A stretch of DNA of 64,000 nt, taken from positions 90,855,561 through 90,919,560 of the forward strand of contig JARDVH010000132.1 in NCBI GenBank assembly GCA_030324005.1. The letters are read 5' to 3'. The translations under genes and the position numbers were made by a program. Positions 26,167 to 36,968 of this stretch are shown here, piece after piece (the first letter of the stretch is position 1; every line of letters begins with the position of its first letter). Under the pieces are notes generated by a model, which had not been told where the DNA came from, searched no databases, and saw only the letters and a program-made list of their open reading frames with translations. The stretch is from Negaprion brevirostris. Taxonomy: Eukaryota.

Positions 26167-27600
26167 AAAACCAACATACTACGGATGCTGGCGATCTGAA
26201 ATAATAACAAAGTGTTGGAAAAACGCAGCACACACGGAAACAGAGTTAACATTCCAAGTCAAATATGACTTCTTCAGAACTAAAGAGAAGTAGAAATATG
26301 ATGGGTTTTATTCTGTCGGGCAGGGGCAAAGGAGAAAGTCTGACATTTGTTACGGTGTGTGGGAAGTGAAAATGTCATGGAACAAAAGGCGAAGCGTGTC
26401 AACATGGTGGTAGTTGAGAAACAAAACATTGGCCCAGAGTAGGTGTTAATAGGAGAATAAAGGTCAGCTCTGTCTCAAATCAAAACATGGAAGGTGGGGC
26501 AGGGGGTTGATTCGAAATTGAGGACAGAATTCATGTTCTGAAGTTGTTAAACTTGGCTGTAAAGTGCTCTTTTGAGGTGCTGTTCCTCCAGGTTGTGTTG
26601 AGTTTCACTGGAACATTGCAGCAGGCCAAGGACAGAAATGCAAGCATGAGAGCAAGATTGTGAATTAAAATGGCAAGCAATCAGAAGTTTAAGGTCATGT
26701 TTGCGGATTGAGGGAGATGTTCCACAAAGCAGTCACCCAGTCTGTTTTTGGTCTCCCAGCTCTAGAGGAGACCATATTGTGGACAGTGAATACAATGAAC
26801 TAAGTTTAAAGAAGAACAAGAAAATTGCTGCTTCTGTTGGAAGCAGTGTTTCATGCCTTGAACCATGAGGAGAAAGACAGTAATGGAGCAGGTGTTAGTC
26901 CTCCCATGATTACAAGGGAAGGTTCCTTGATTGAGGTGTCAGGAGTGATAGAGGAGTGTAGCAGGGTGATGTGGAGGAAGTGGCTCTTTCAGAATGCTGA
27001 AAGGGAGGGATGGGGAGGATGTCTTTAGTGGTGGCATTATGCTGGAGGTGGTAGTAGTAGTTCAGGATGGTCCTTTGAACACAGAGGCTGATGCGGTGGA
27101 AATTGCAGACAGGGGGTTCCTATTGTGATTCTGGGAGGGAGTGAAAGAGGTGTTGGAAATGGGTCAGACACAGTTGAGGGTCCTGTCAGCCACTGGGGAT
27201 GGCAATAGGGGGAATCTTGTTTTAGGCCAAAGCGAACACCTGTCAGAAGGTAGCATCATCGTAACTGGTGTGACAGTGACGAATGGAGTCTTTACAGGAA
27301 GGAGGATGTGAAGAAGTGTAGCTGAGAAGCTGCAGCAGTTAGTGGGCTTGTAATAAAAATTAATAGACAGCGTATCCTCAAAAATGGAGACGAAGAANNN
27401 NNNNNNNAGAAGTCAAGGAAGGAAAGTGTTGCAGATGGACTATGTGAAAGTGATGGAAGGATAGAAATCAGAAGGAAAATTTATTTATTTTTCCATGTCC
27501 AACCAAGAGTCAGAGGCAGCACCTATATAGTCAATGATTTATTGGAAAGGGAGTTGTGGTAGGGGCCTAAGTAGAACTAAAACAAGCAATGTTCCACATT
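26167..27600 (-). mobile_element. Penelope-like element (RT C-terminus, GIY-YIG endonuclease, pLTR), decayed
   Basis: Minus strand FSCSSLNLVHCIHCPQYGLL*SWETKNRLGDCFVEH (GIY-YIG: FTCTSSNLVYCIRC..CGLLYIGETKRRLGDRFAEH); 3' end atttcagatcgccagcatccgtagtatg. Confidence 0.88.
26244..26281 (-). ncRNA. Degenerate minimal hammerhead ribozyme motif in Penelope pLTR
   Basis: AGUU-CUGAAGA-AGUCA uauu UGACU-uGGAA-uguu-AACU; the GAAA box is mutated. Confidence 0.55.
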
Positions 27601-27639
27601 CCAGAATAGTGAAATGTTTTGGAAGCAGCGAATGGTCAT

Positions 27640-28568
27640 TGAGATCGATTTATCCCTCGATTCAAGGATGATGTTTACTTGGTTGTAGATTTCTGCCAGA
27701 GGTCTTCATGTAATTGAACAAGCTTATTCTTGACATGCAGACCTTTGGGCACAAGGAGCAGGATTATCTGTGAGAGAGTGGGACCTAGGGTGTACGGTTT
27801 GCTCCCTTTTCTTTCCTCTGTTGCTGCTCTGCCTCATCATTAAGACATTGCGACTCAAAACATGATGCAGTTTGATGGACAAGTTGCTGCCATTTTGAAT
27901 GATTATTAGCAAGTTCCTCCCAGTCATTAATGTCAATACTACCATGCTTCGAAGAGAACTTCAAGGTATCTTTGAAGTATTTTCTTGATCTTCCCCAGGA
28001 ACACTGTTCATTTGAAAGTTAATAAAACAGGACCTGACAGGAGAGATGTCTTTAGGCCTTACAGATGATCAAAGTTGATTTTGCTAGAGGTTTGCATAAA
28101 AGGTTGTGGAGCTGGCTTCAACAAGGACACTAGTGTTTGGTCTATGGTCCTCTCAATGAATCTGGAGGATGTGGTACAGTCATTGCTGATGGATTTCTCT
28201 AGCCTGCCATATGTCATTGATAGACAGTCCAGGTCTCAACGCTGTACAGGAGTGTGGTGATGTCAACTGCCCTGTACTTTAGGCCTTTCAATGTTTTGAT
28301 AGCTCATGTGATTTGATTGCAGTTGTTTTTTGTGGACAGATACCCTTAATATTATCCATGAATGTATTTGCATTCCAATTTGCAAATAACCACAAATATG
28401 GTGATCCCAGAGGGTGTAGTTCCCCCATCCAAGATAAAGTGGACAGCGCCAACTACTAGGGCACCTTTTCAAGCCCTCTCCCCATTTGGGAGACTGGAGG
28501 GTACCCCCAAGAGAACTGTTCAGCTGCAGATTCTGCTGCCCAAAGACAGCTCTGTCCCAACATGGGTG
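27640..28568 (-). mobile_element. RTE-clade LINE fragment; its flanking sequence resumes at 31541
   Basis: Minus strand LLYSVETWTVYQ and QVLFY*LSNEQCSWGRSRKYFKDTLK (RTE: LLYGSETWTVY; GKRSxGGQRKRFKDTLK). Confidence 0.8.
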
Positions 28569-28911
28569 AACAGTCTCTCAACACCAGGCTAAAGTCCAAC
28601 AGGTTTATTTGGTAGTAAATGCCACTAGCTTTCGGAGCGCTGCTCCTTCGTCAGGTGAGTGGGGGAGTTCTGATCACAAACAGAGCATACACAGATTACA
28701 GAATACTGATCACCTAATCAAGTCTTAAAGGTGCAGACAATGTGGGTGGAGATAGCATTAAGCATAGGTTAAAGGGATGTGTATTGTTTCCAGACAGAAC
28801 AGTAAGTGAGATGTTGCAAGCCCAGGCAAGTCACGGGGGTTACAGATAGTGTGACATGAACCCAAGATCCCGGTTGAGGCCGTCCTCATGTGTGCGGAAC
28901 TTGGCTATCAG
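28569..28911 (-). mobile_element. Penelope pLTR / ORF end, left inverted copy
   Basis: Minus strand LIAKFRTHEDGLNRDLGFMSHYL*, then 3' UTR with aataaacctgttggactttagcctggtgttg; inverted homolog of 31080-31540. Confidence 0.9.
28623..28657 (-). ncRNA. Minimal type I hammerhead ribozyme motif, intact core
   Basis: CAC-CUGACGA-A-GGAGC agc GCUCC-GAAA-GC-UA-GUG: both core boxes, 5-bp helix II, palindromic AGCU helix III, CUA cleavage triplet. Confidence 0.85.
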
Positions 28912-28963
28912 NNNNNNNNNNNNNNNNNNNNNNNNNNNNNNNNNNNNNNNNNNNNNNNNNNNN

Positions 28964-29095
28964 TGTCCCCGCGTCCGGGTCCTGAGTCAGCAGCGGGGTT
29001 CCGGACGCGGGAATGTTTTTGGCGACGGGAATCCCGTCCCACCCCACAGGCTGCGAGCCAGATGTAGCCCGTGGGCTGTAGTTTGGAGACCCTTG
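28964..29095. mobile_element. End of a GC-rich non-autonomous hAT-Charlie-like element
   Basis: Minus strand begins CAAGGGTCTCCAAACTACAGCCCACGGGCTACATCTGGCTCGC (Charlie-type terminus). The flank ctctaagc resembles the CTCTAGAG target preference. The other end is lost in the gap. Confidence 0.75.
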
Positions 29096-29880
29096 CTCTA
29101 AGCCCATCTTACCCATGTAACTATCTAAATGCTTTTTAAAAAGAAAATTGTACCCGCCTCTACTACTACCCTCTGGCAACTTGTTCCAGACACTCACCAT
29201 CCTCTGTGTGAAAATACTGCCCCTCTGGATCCTTTTGTATCTTTCTCCTCTTGCCTTAAACCTATGCCCTCTAGTTTTAGATTCCCCGGACTTTGCGAAA
29301 AGATGTTGACTATCTACCTTATCTATGCCCTTCATTATTTTATAGACCTCTGTAAGGTAATTCCTAAGTCTCCTATGGTCCAGGGAAAAGAGTCGCAGTC
29401 TATCCAGCCTGACCTTATAATTCAAACTTATCAAATCTTTTCTGCACTCTTTCTAGTTTAATAATATCCTTTCTATAATAAGGTGACCAGACCTGTACGA
29501 AGTATTCCAAGTGTGGCCTTACCAATGTCTTGTACAACTTCAAGAAGACATCCCAATTCCCGTATTCAGTGTTCTGCCTAATGAACCAAACATGTTAAAT
29601 GCCTTCTTCACTATCTAATTTCAAGGAGCTACGAATCTGTACCCCAGGTCTCTTTGTTCTATAACTCTCCCCATCGCCCTAGCATTAACTGAGTAAGACC
29701 TACCTCGCATTTACCTAAATTAATCTCCATCTGCCATTCGTCAGCCCACTGGCCCAATTGATCCAGATCCTGTTGCAATCCTAGATAACCTTCTTCACTG
29801 TCCACTATGCCACCAACCTTGGTGTCATCTGCAAACTCACTAACCATGCCTCCTAAATTCCCATCCAAATCATTAGATTT
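29096..29880 (-). mobile_element. CR1 LINE 3' portion nested in the Penelope element
   Basis: GMVSEFADDTKVGGIVDSEEGYLGLQQDLDQLGQWADEWQME; RLRLFSLDHRRLRNYLTEVYKIMKGIDKVD...TRGHRFK. Confidence 0.93.
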
Positions 29881-29889
29881 GATTAGCAA

Positions 29890-30480
29890 GGACCAAAAAA
29901 AGTAGTACTGGAACAGACCCTTTGGTTCTCCAAGCCGTGCCGATCATAATGCCTGACCTAAACTAAAAAAACCTTTTGCCCTTACTCAGTACATATCCTT
30001 CTATTCGTGTACTCATCCAAATGCCTCATAAACGTTGCTAACGTGCCTGCTTCCACCACCTGCTGGCAGCATGTCCAGGCACCCACCACTCTCTGCATGA
30101 AGAACTTTCCCCACACACCTCCATAAACTTTCACCCTCTCACCTAGAAACTGGGCCCCCTTGTAATTGACACTTCCATCCTTGGACAAAGCGTCTGACTA
30201 TTCACTCAGTCTAAACTTCTTAATTTTGTAGTCGTTTATCAGGTCTCCTCTCAGCCTCTGTCTTTCCAATGAAAACAATTCTAGTTTATTCAATCTCTGT
30301 TCATAGCCAACACTTTCAAGATCAGGCAACATCCTGGTGAACCTTTTTTGAACTCTCTCCAAAGCTTCCACGTCCTTCTGGTAGTGTGGTGACCAGAACG
30401 GCATGCAATTACCCCAGTGCGGCCTAAGCAAGGTTCTATATGGCTGCAACATGATTTCCCAATCTTGTACTCAATGCTTT
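29890..30480 (-). mobile_element. CR1 LINE 3' end (same subfamily as 53235-53612)
   Basis: FWSPHYQKDVEALERVQKRFTRMLP...LFSLERQRLRGDLI; 3' UTR atgatcggcacggcttggag. Confidence 0.93.
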
Positions 30481-30569
30481 GTATTCACATGAGTCCAGCA
30501 AGCTGAGGTGTGCTCCAATTGAAGTATTTAAAATGTTTTTTTTTAAATCCAAGGGTTAGTTGCAGAGAA

Positions 30570-30812
30570 ATTATTTCCTCAGGTGCGGAATCAGATCAAG
30601 GGGCATCATTTTTTAAAATCAAGGAGCTTTCCTTCACACAAAAGGCCATGGAAATCTCTCCCCAAAGTGCTGCGGATGTTGGGGGTCAAATTTTCAAGAC
30701 TTATAATGATGAATTTTTATTAGGTAAAGGTGCCAAGGGGTACATAGCAAAGGCAGATAAAACAAACAGAGCAGGCGCAGGGGCTGAATGGCTTGTTGTC
30801 CCCACGATTCAA
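30570..30812 (+). mobile_element. Degenerate CR1 3' end
   Basis: ttcacacaaagg..tggaa.tctctcccc; gagcaggcgcaggggctgaatggc. Confidence 0.65.
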
Positions 30813-30876
30813 TAGGCTTGTCATTTTTAAAATTAATGCCAGATATTTCAACCCTTTCCCTCCTTAGAAAGAGGTC

Positions 30877-31072
30877 TCATAGAATTCCTACAGTGCAGAA
30901 GGAGGCGCTCCAGCCCATTGAGTTTGCACCGACTCTCCGACAGAGCTACTTACCAGGCTCATTCCCCACCTTAACCAGTAAGCCCACACATTTCCCATGG
31001 CTAGTCCATCTAACCTACACATTTTAGTACGTTAAGGAGCAATTTAGCATGGCCAATTAGCCTAACTTGACA
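30877..31072 (-). mobile_element. V-SINE, 5'-truncated, CR1-type tail
   Basis: catagaattcctacagtgcagaaggaggc...caatttagcatggccaat. Confidence 0.88.
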
Positions 31073-31079
31073 GATAGTG

Positions 31080-31540
31080 CGTGCCTTCATGACACACGAT
31101 AGCGCAGATTCACTGAGCACAGACTGATAGCAACGTCCGCACACAAGGACGGCTTCAACCGGGATCTTGGGTTCATGTCGCACTATCTGTAACACTCATG
31201 TCTTGCCTGAACTTGCAACATCTCACTTACTGTCCTGTCTGGGGACAATACAAATCTCTTTAACCAATGCTTAATGCTATCTCCATTCACATTGTCTGCA
31301 CCTTTAAGACTTGAATAGCAGGTTAGCTGTAAAGACTCACATTCTAATCATTATTCTGTAAACTGTGTGTGCCTTTATATGCTCTGTTTGTTATCAGAAC
31401 TCCCACTCACCTGATGATGGAGCAGTGCTCCAAAAGCTAGTGGTGTTTACTACCAAATAAACCTGTTGGATTTTAACGTGGTGTTGTGAGACTTGTTACT
31501 GTGTTTACTCCAGTCCAACGCCGGCATCTCCACATCATAA
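31080..31540 (+). mobile_element. Penelope ORF end and pLTR, right copy
   Basis: LHDTR*RRFTEHRLIA...DGFNRDLGFMSHYL*; followed by the 12-bp TSD copy ccaacatgggtg at 31541-31552. Confidence 0.9.
31408..31442 (+). ncRNA. Hammerhead motif with mutated core (GAAA>AAAA)
   Basis: CAC-CUGAUGA-U-GGAGC agu GCUCC-AAAA-GCUA-GUG. Confidence 0.7.
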
Positions 31541-32689
31541 CCAACATGGGTGTCCTGTGACCGTCATCTACAAGTTGTCTGTGTGCAAATTCTTGGCTAG
31601 GGACTCCCAAGTACACCCTTTGCCAATTGTCCATCACCAGAGGACTTGGCAAACACCCTGCACATGACTTTGTTTAACATGGGGTGGCATCATTGTCTAC
31701 ACGATCCTGATGGGTTGGTGATCAGATTTCAGTGACAGAACTGTGATGATCACCTTGCCACTGCAACCACCATCCGCTTTCAGAGATAGTGAGATGTGCA
31801 GTTTCTTTGAAGGCTAGCAGAGAGTGAAAGCATAGTCATGTCTTGCGTCCTAAAACAGTTGTGGCTACATTTGCTTATTTGCACCCCACTGAAAAAGTAC
31901 TGGTGGCAGTAATGCTGGAGCAGTAAAAATGAGAGAGTGAAAAGAATGGGGACATGAAAAATAGGAATGAAGAGAAATAATTGAACAAATCAACATCCGG
32001 GAATTAAAACAAAGAGAAGGCAAAGGGTAGGCAATAGGAGCTTGAACATACAAACAGTTTGGGAAGAGTTTGTCACATGGCGGATCATCAAAGGAAATAG
32101 GATAGGGACATGGGTGAAAGATGTGAGTGTTCAAGATGGCCTTTTTGAGAATTTAGGAGAGTCAGTTAGTGAGGAGCTGGAAAGTTCTAAGAGGTGGTTT
32201 GGTCAGTATGGGTAAAATTTGATTATTGTCAGATGTATTGGTATGCAGTAAAAAGAATTGTTTCTTATGTGCCATCCAGACAAAGCATAGCATTCAGAGT
32301 ACAAGAAAATTTAATAGGTAGAAGCTTAGTGAGGACTGATGCAAGGGATACTAAGGTTAAGACTGAAACCACTAAGAACAAGCAGTCACTCAGTATAAAG
32401 GAAAAAAACATGTTGGGAAGAACTCAGTTGTGCTTGGGAGGGGAATTAGCAACAAGGATTTGAGAGGGGTGGAAGGAACAAGAGATAGGGGTAGTTAATA
32501 ATGACACTACCACGTTGTGGTGCTTTGTATGTAGGAAGTAATGAAAAACTAAATCACATGTAGAGGCTTTAGTGAGGAGGCAGGATATGCCACTCATGAA
32601 TCAGGATTTGATAAAGGCTTTAAAATTAATCCTACCCCTTGTTCTTGAGGCTTCTTTGCTTTCTTTGTATTTCACCCTCTCAATGCTCT

Positions 32690-33078
32690 TTAGAAGAATA
32701 AGAGGCAACTCAATTGAAACACACATGATCCTGAAGGATTTGACATGGCAGATGTGGAGAAGTGTTTCCTCTTGTGGGAGAGGTTAGATCGAGGGGAACA
32801 CTGCTTAAAAATAAGGGGTTGCCCATTTAAGACAAGAGATGAGAAGAAATGTTTTCTTTGTGACTAGTGAGTCTTTAGAACTGTCTTCCTCAAAAGACTG
32901 TGAAAGGAGAGCCTTTGAATGTTTTTAAGGCAGAGGTAGATAGATTCTTGATAAACAAGGGGCGGAAAGATTATTGGGGGTAGGCAAGAGCTTACAGTCA
33001 GATCAGCCATGATCTTATTGAATAGTGGAGCAGCTCGAAGGGCTGAGTGGTCTGCTCCTGCTCCCAACTCATGCTTGT
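32690..33078 (+). mobile_element. CR1 LINE 3' end
   Basis: FRRIRGNSIETHMILK; tail agatcagccatgatcttattgaatagtggagcagctcgaagggctgagtggtctgctcctgctcc. Confidence 0.9.
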
Positions 33079-34214
33079 AAATGAGTATCCAAAATAAGCT
33101 CATGGATGGCAGTATTTCTTGAGAGAAAGTCAACAGACGTATTAGAGGGAATTGATTATGGATCATCATGTCGTGTATGGGGTGAATTGAATGAGAGAAC
33201 TTGGTGAGGTTAGCCCTAACTGACTATGCTGGGCTGGGAATTTGATCAGACCAGTTGTCTGTATTCCCTCAAAAATCCTATCTTCCATCCTCTAACTTCC
33301 TTCTCATGTCTTCATCTTGCCTTTCCTCTTGCTTTATTACCTCCCCATCCCTTTTTGGCTTCTCTTCACCAAAGGGAATGTAGCAGCCAAGTCTTTAAAC
33401 AGCCTTAAAAAGTCTTAAGCGCAGCCAGCAGGCCAAGCAATGGGTGAGGTTAAACCAACAAGAGCAGATCTGGAAGCAACAGCAGATGGTGCTTGGATAG
33501 CTGCCTGCAGCAGGGATTTTAGGAGACTGCTGCTTTTCTCCTGATTGTAGCTAACTACAGTTAGACATGGAGATGTTTAAGGACAGAATGTCATCATACC
33601 TCCAGATAGTGCTCTCATTCTCACCCAATGCTGCTGTATTTTTGACTTGCTGTCCCACGAAGTTGGTTGGTGCCTGTTCCATTGGTTTTACCTGTTTGAA
33701 TTCACAACATTTTAGATCTGAGATGTTCTGAACTGCAATTGGCGATTTTAAGTTATTCCTAAATCCATTATTGACAGCACAAGAGAACAACCTCAAAATT
33801 TTAAAGTCCTGAATGGGTTAAACTTGGAGAATAACCAGCAATTTCCAACATGCTAAGACAATTGAGAAAATCTGTTTTAAATTTACAAAAGGTGGCATTC
33901 CAATTGCCCAAGGTTTCTGATTATTTTTCTTGTTTAGAAAGATTGTGTTATGCTATACAGAACCATCCCCGAACCTACATATTCAGATGCATTTTACCTT
34001 TGTTACTGTTCCAAGTAGCGTCATGACGAAAAGCACTTGTGACGCTCAGATGGTTTTCTTTTTGAATAATATATCTTTTTACATTTCCAAATTTCATTTC
34101 AGTGCGGTAGTTCAGGGAAAATTCCTTTTAAGACTTCTGTCTTAGAATTAATTATAAAGGTGCCAGTTGCTGAGGGAAAGAATTAATTTCAATGCTGTAT
34201 GGAATTTTTTTCAA

Positions 34215-34832
34215 ACTTGACAAGTCATCTTTTTGGCAAACCAAATAAACTAAACCAAATAAACTGAGGGACAAAGTAAAAGGGGCACTGCCTTAAATGG
34301 GGGAGCCGCCCAAAACAAAAAAGTGTAAAAAAAACTTAAAACATCAAACCAAAATGTGGTTAAAGGGGTCAATAATTCACCCCAGCGGGGCCCAAAGGGC
34401 ACGGAAGGCCTCAAAGGCCCTCAGTTCCCGTGGACTCCCCGTGTTCCCTCTCCAGGGACACCTGGCCATGAATGTAGCCATGGTAGAAGGGCAGTTGGGT
34501 TGGACAATCCCCTTGGGTGCCTGTTGCCTGGACCTGTTTATGCAAATCTGGCCAGGCCCAGGAGCAGGTCCACGATGGGGTTCTCTGCCTTCCTCCCTCT
34601 GCATCGCTTGCCTGTAAATCAGGAGCATGGGACTGAAACACGAACAGAACATCAATAAAAGGTTTTTCAGGTAACAAAAAATGGGGTGCAGACCTAAAAT
34701 AGTGACCATAAACGTAGTCCACAGACTCCACAAGATTGCAAAAAAGGCAGGTTTCTTGGTAGCCTGAAAACTGGTACAATTTGTGGCAAACTTGACAAGG
34801 AGGGTTGCAACCGAGTTTATCTGTAGGCTTGT
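34215..34832 (-). mobile_element. Tx1-clade LINE ORF2 C-terminus and 3' UTR
   Basis: CLFCNLVESVDYVY (zinc-knuckle remnant); LHPIFCYLKNLLLMFCSCFSPMLLIY; INRSRQQA; HGYIHGQVSLEREH; FRALWAP; tttatttggttt repeats in the UTR. Confidence 0.85.
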
Positions 34833-34867
34833 AATTTACAAAAGGTGGCATTCCAATTGCCACAATT

Positions 34868-35117
34868 GGTGGCGACACAAGTGGAGAAGGTTGTGAGGAA
34901 AGCTTATGGAATGTTAGCCTTTATAGGAAGGGGTATAGAGTACANNNNNNNNNNNNNNNNNNNNNNNNNNNNNNNNNNNNNNNNNNNNNNNNNNNNNNNN
35001 NNNNNNNNNNNNNNNNNNNNNNNNNNNNNNNNNNNNNNNNNNNNGGAGGATGCGGCGGCGCGGGCTCGTTGGGCCGAAGGGCCTGTTTCCCGTGCTGGGT
35101 TGTTCTTTGTTCTTTGT
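34868..35117 (+). mobile_element. Young CR1 LINE 3' portion (mostly in gap)
   Basis: VATQVEKVVRKAYGMLAFIGRGIEY; CpG-rich tail gggccgaagggcctgtttcccgtgctg...gttctttgttctttg. Confidence 0.92.
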
Positions 35118-35899
35118 AATTCAGAAGCTTTTTCTAAAATATACTTTAACAATAGACTGGCATTGGAACCTGTAAATGATTGAAAACTATATTTTGAAGC
35201 CAAATTTTACATAATCGTTTTCATATGCTCATATTACACAAAATGGTCGAGCAACTCAATTACCCTGCCTACGGCAAATGAAGTATAGAAAGTTAGGCCT
35301 CTGCATTTATTTCTTTGTCATTGTTTCCAGTGTGCAGTCCTACTTATGAGGTGGCTCAGGTGGGGTTTGCCCACTTGGGGGAGGGGGGGGAGGGAATCTT
35401 CTTATCTTTTGGGACTGCCTCTTCATAGATCTCCTTCTCAGAAAAGAATGGGAGGTCAGAGACCAGTAGCTCAGGAACAGTGTCATTGGAAAACCTTGAA
35501 GATGAAGTTGCGTGATTCGGCTTAATGTCAGCAACTGGTTTCTCTTAAGGTAATTCTAGAGCAGTATTTATATATTTAAGAAAATACCAAGCTGTTTGTG
35601 GCCATGGTTGCATGCGAATAAACAAAAAGTCAATGACCTCTTAAACCTATTAAAACTGATCTTTTCCATTAATCTTTTTTACCAGAGCTGAACTTGATTA
35701 GCGTGCCTATTTTAGTCAGTCACCATCTGTGGATATGGATTTGATTTCTTTACATCAAATAAATAAGATGACGACAGCTAGTCTTTTTGTTGGTCTAATA
35801 GGAACTTTGAAAGTATCAGTCAGTATACAAATTTTGGGATAAGTGGTTGCCAATTAAACCTAGATATTTAACTTATCCATAATATCCACCCTTGTCAAA

Positions 35900-36968
35900 G
35901 GCCCAAAATGCCTATCATCAAACTCCAAATGAGATTGTGTGTGACAGAGGGAAACTATCCTTCCTCTTCCTTCTTGATCTGTTATCAACCTTTAACATAC
36001 CATTTTCCCCCAGTACCTCCCCCTGTCATTCATCTGGGTGAGGCTGTTCTTACCTGGATATATTCTTATCTATCTATTCATTACCAGGAATGTTTTTGCT
36101 TCTCAACCTTTTCTTGCAATGTTATCTCTGCTGTTCCCTAATAATTTATCCTTGGCTCCTCCTACTTCTTATGTTTGCTTCCCATCAACTGTATCAGCCA
36201 AAGCACAGCAGTAGTTTTTTTAGTCTTCATATGTGTGCTTCATTGCCTCCTCTTTCAGCTTTTCTGCTGAAGCTAAATTATTGGACTGTTTACCTGATAT
36301 CCAGTACTGGATGAGCAACTATTTCCTCTAGTTAAATATTGGGAGGATTGGAGCCATTATTTTTAGGACCCACTCCAAACTCTGTTCCCTAACTACCGAT
36401 TCCGTCACTTGCCCTGACAACATTCTGAGATTAAACCAGGCTGTGACCTTGGTGTCACATTTGATCCTGATATATTTTTCCAATCTTGTATTTGTGCCAC
36501 CTCCTGAAACCTCCTGTTTTCACATCTGTAACATTGCTCAACTATTGTCCCATTTCTCCCTCTGCCCATCCCCTGCTTGCTGACCTGCATTGACTCCTGG
36601 TTAAACAATTCTTATCTTTGTCTTCAAATCCTCCCAGGGTCTTGCTCCCTCCTCTAGTCTATAGCTTTCTCAAACCCCACAACCCTATGAGATATCTCTG
36701 CTCCTTTAATTCTGAAGTTNNNNNNNNNNNNNNNNNNNNNNNNNNNNNNNNNNNNNNNNNNNNNNNNNNNNNNNNNNNNNNNNNNNNNNNNNNNNCTCCA
36801 TCTTTCTGGCTTGCTACCCCACTTTTAACCATTTTGGCCAAGGTTTTGATTGTCTGAACTAATATCTCCTTTGTGACTTGGTGTCATAATTTGTTTTATA
36901 ATGCTGCTGTGAGACCTTGGGTTATTTCATTATGTTAAAGGTGCTATATAAATAAAAGTTGTTGTTGC
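35900..36968 (+). mobile_element. L2 LINE 3' portion
   Basis: ccttggtgtcacatttgatcctga; tail gttaaaggtgctatataaataaaagttgttgttg. Confidence 0.85.

Noticed and set aside
34219-34265. Repeat array or CRISPR-like unit (aaaccaaataaact twice)
   Set aside because: It is a two-copy simple repeat in the Tx1 3' UTR, with no spacers and in a vertebrate context.
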